Shown: one piece after another, positions 63,548-64,000 of the stretch
How the letters are laid out: each line of letters starts with the position of its first letter
How positions within the stretch are numbered: the first letter of the stretch is position 1
Source: Vitrella brassicaformis CCMP3155
Taxonomy: Eukaryota; Protista; Chromerida
NCBI GenBank assembly: GCA_001179505.1
Contig: CDMY01000227.1
Span: 372,001-436,000 of the forward strand
Reading direction: 5' to 3'
Length of the DNA stretch: 64,000 nucleotides
The notes under the pieces: generated by a model
What the model saw: the letters and a program-made list of their open reading frames with translations, nothing else
Told to the model about the DNA's origin: nothing
The model's database searches: none
Translations under genes and position numbers: made by a program

Positions 63548-64000
63548 GGTGCTGTGCTGCCTACCTGTTGCTCGTGACGTGACGTGACGTGCTTAGGGGG
63601 AGAGGAACACCGAGAGCCGGGGGAGGGAGGGATGGAGGGAGAGGAGATTTAAGTGAGGGTGGATGGGATGGCATGCAGGGTCGGTAGGTCGTGGCATGTG
63701 CCGTGGATTGGATGTATGCCATGCCGTGTATGTCATGTCGATGGATGGGCCTCAAGCCAGTCTATAAATATGTATTTGTAGTGGCCGGGCCGGGCGCTCA
63801 CCATTGCATTGCATTGCACGCGGATGTCTATCTGATCTGCCTTAGCGTCACTGACAGATGATGTGATGAGGGCAGGGCAGGGCTCTCACGATATATAAAC
63901 ATACAGACTCAGCCTCTATTTCGCTGTCTTGGTTTTGTCCCTGATTGGATCCTGTGTGTCTTTTCCCCCTCTGATTTTGCTCCGCTCCCGCCCCCTTTTT

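Larger units (their letters stand above)
1..64000. repeat. Dispersed intronic and UTR microsatellites: (TG)n/(CA)n, (TCTG)n/(GACA)n, (TGGA)n/(CCAT)n, (AGGG)n, (AG)n
   Basis: Present in nearly every intron, e.g. 2905-2960, 6845-6878, 17980-18000, 59575-59620. Confidence 0.95.

Noticed and set aside
1-64000. Hundreds of 60-250 aa ORFs rich in CV/HT/LS/DG repeats or antisense to exons
   Set aside because: They are translations of intronic microsatellites or shadow frames of GC-rich exons.
1-64000. tRNA, rRNA, snRNA, CRISPR arrays, transposase or RT genes
   Set aside because: None recognised by eye; small hairpins (e.g. about 18769-18800, about 55905-55925) are too short to support a call. Infernal and tRNAscan would be needed to exclude ncRNAs.

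Overview
A eukaryotic, GC-rich, intron-dense scaffold segment. Introns are short, GT-AG and packed with (TG)n/(TCTG)n/(TGGA)n/(GACA)n microsatellites, and there are four 300-N gaps. The style, plus a plastid protein with a signal peptide and an SA|F transit motif, suggests a chromerid alveolate such as Vitrella brassicaformis (inference only). I reconstructed about 23 protein-coding genes by hand splicing, so internal exon boundaries are approximate: P-type H+-ATPase (3' end), a coiled-coil protein with a MAP65/ASE1/PRC1-like end, a small secreted basic protein, BolA, Nop16, a CapA/PGA_cap metallophosphoesterase, a protein with three Tudor-like repeats, an organelle-type HDAC, pirin, a hypothetical protein, a stand-alone secreted family-3 solute-binding protein, Mkt1, an F-box/HECTD1-like protein, Asterix/UPF0139, NRAMP, a TMEM185-like protein, a plastid GST-N/thioredoxin-fold protein, VMA21, a BTB/KCTD protein, a renalase-like oxidoreductase, a hypothetical protein, an EF-hand/WD40 protein and an ELO elongase. 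A degenerate duplicated locus lies at about 41.6-45.3 kb. The most striking feature is architectural: the intact genes alternate strand without exception, giving 11 head-to-head pairs with short start-to-start spacers. Many spacers carry all or half of a palindrome GCGAGCT(N1-2)AGCTCGC, and two also carry telo-box-like repeats. I saw no rRNA, tRNA, CRISPR array or recognisable transposase.
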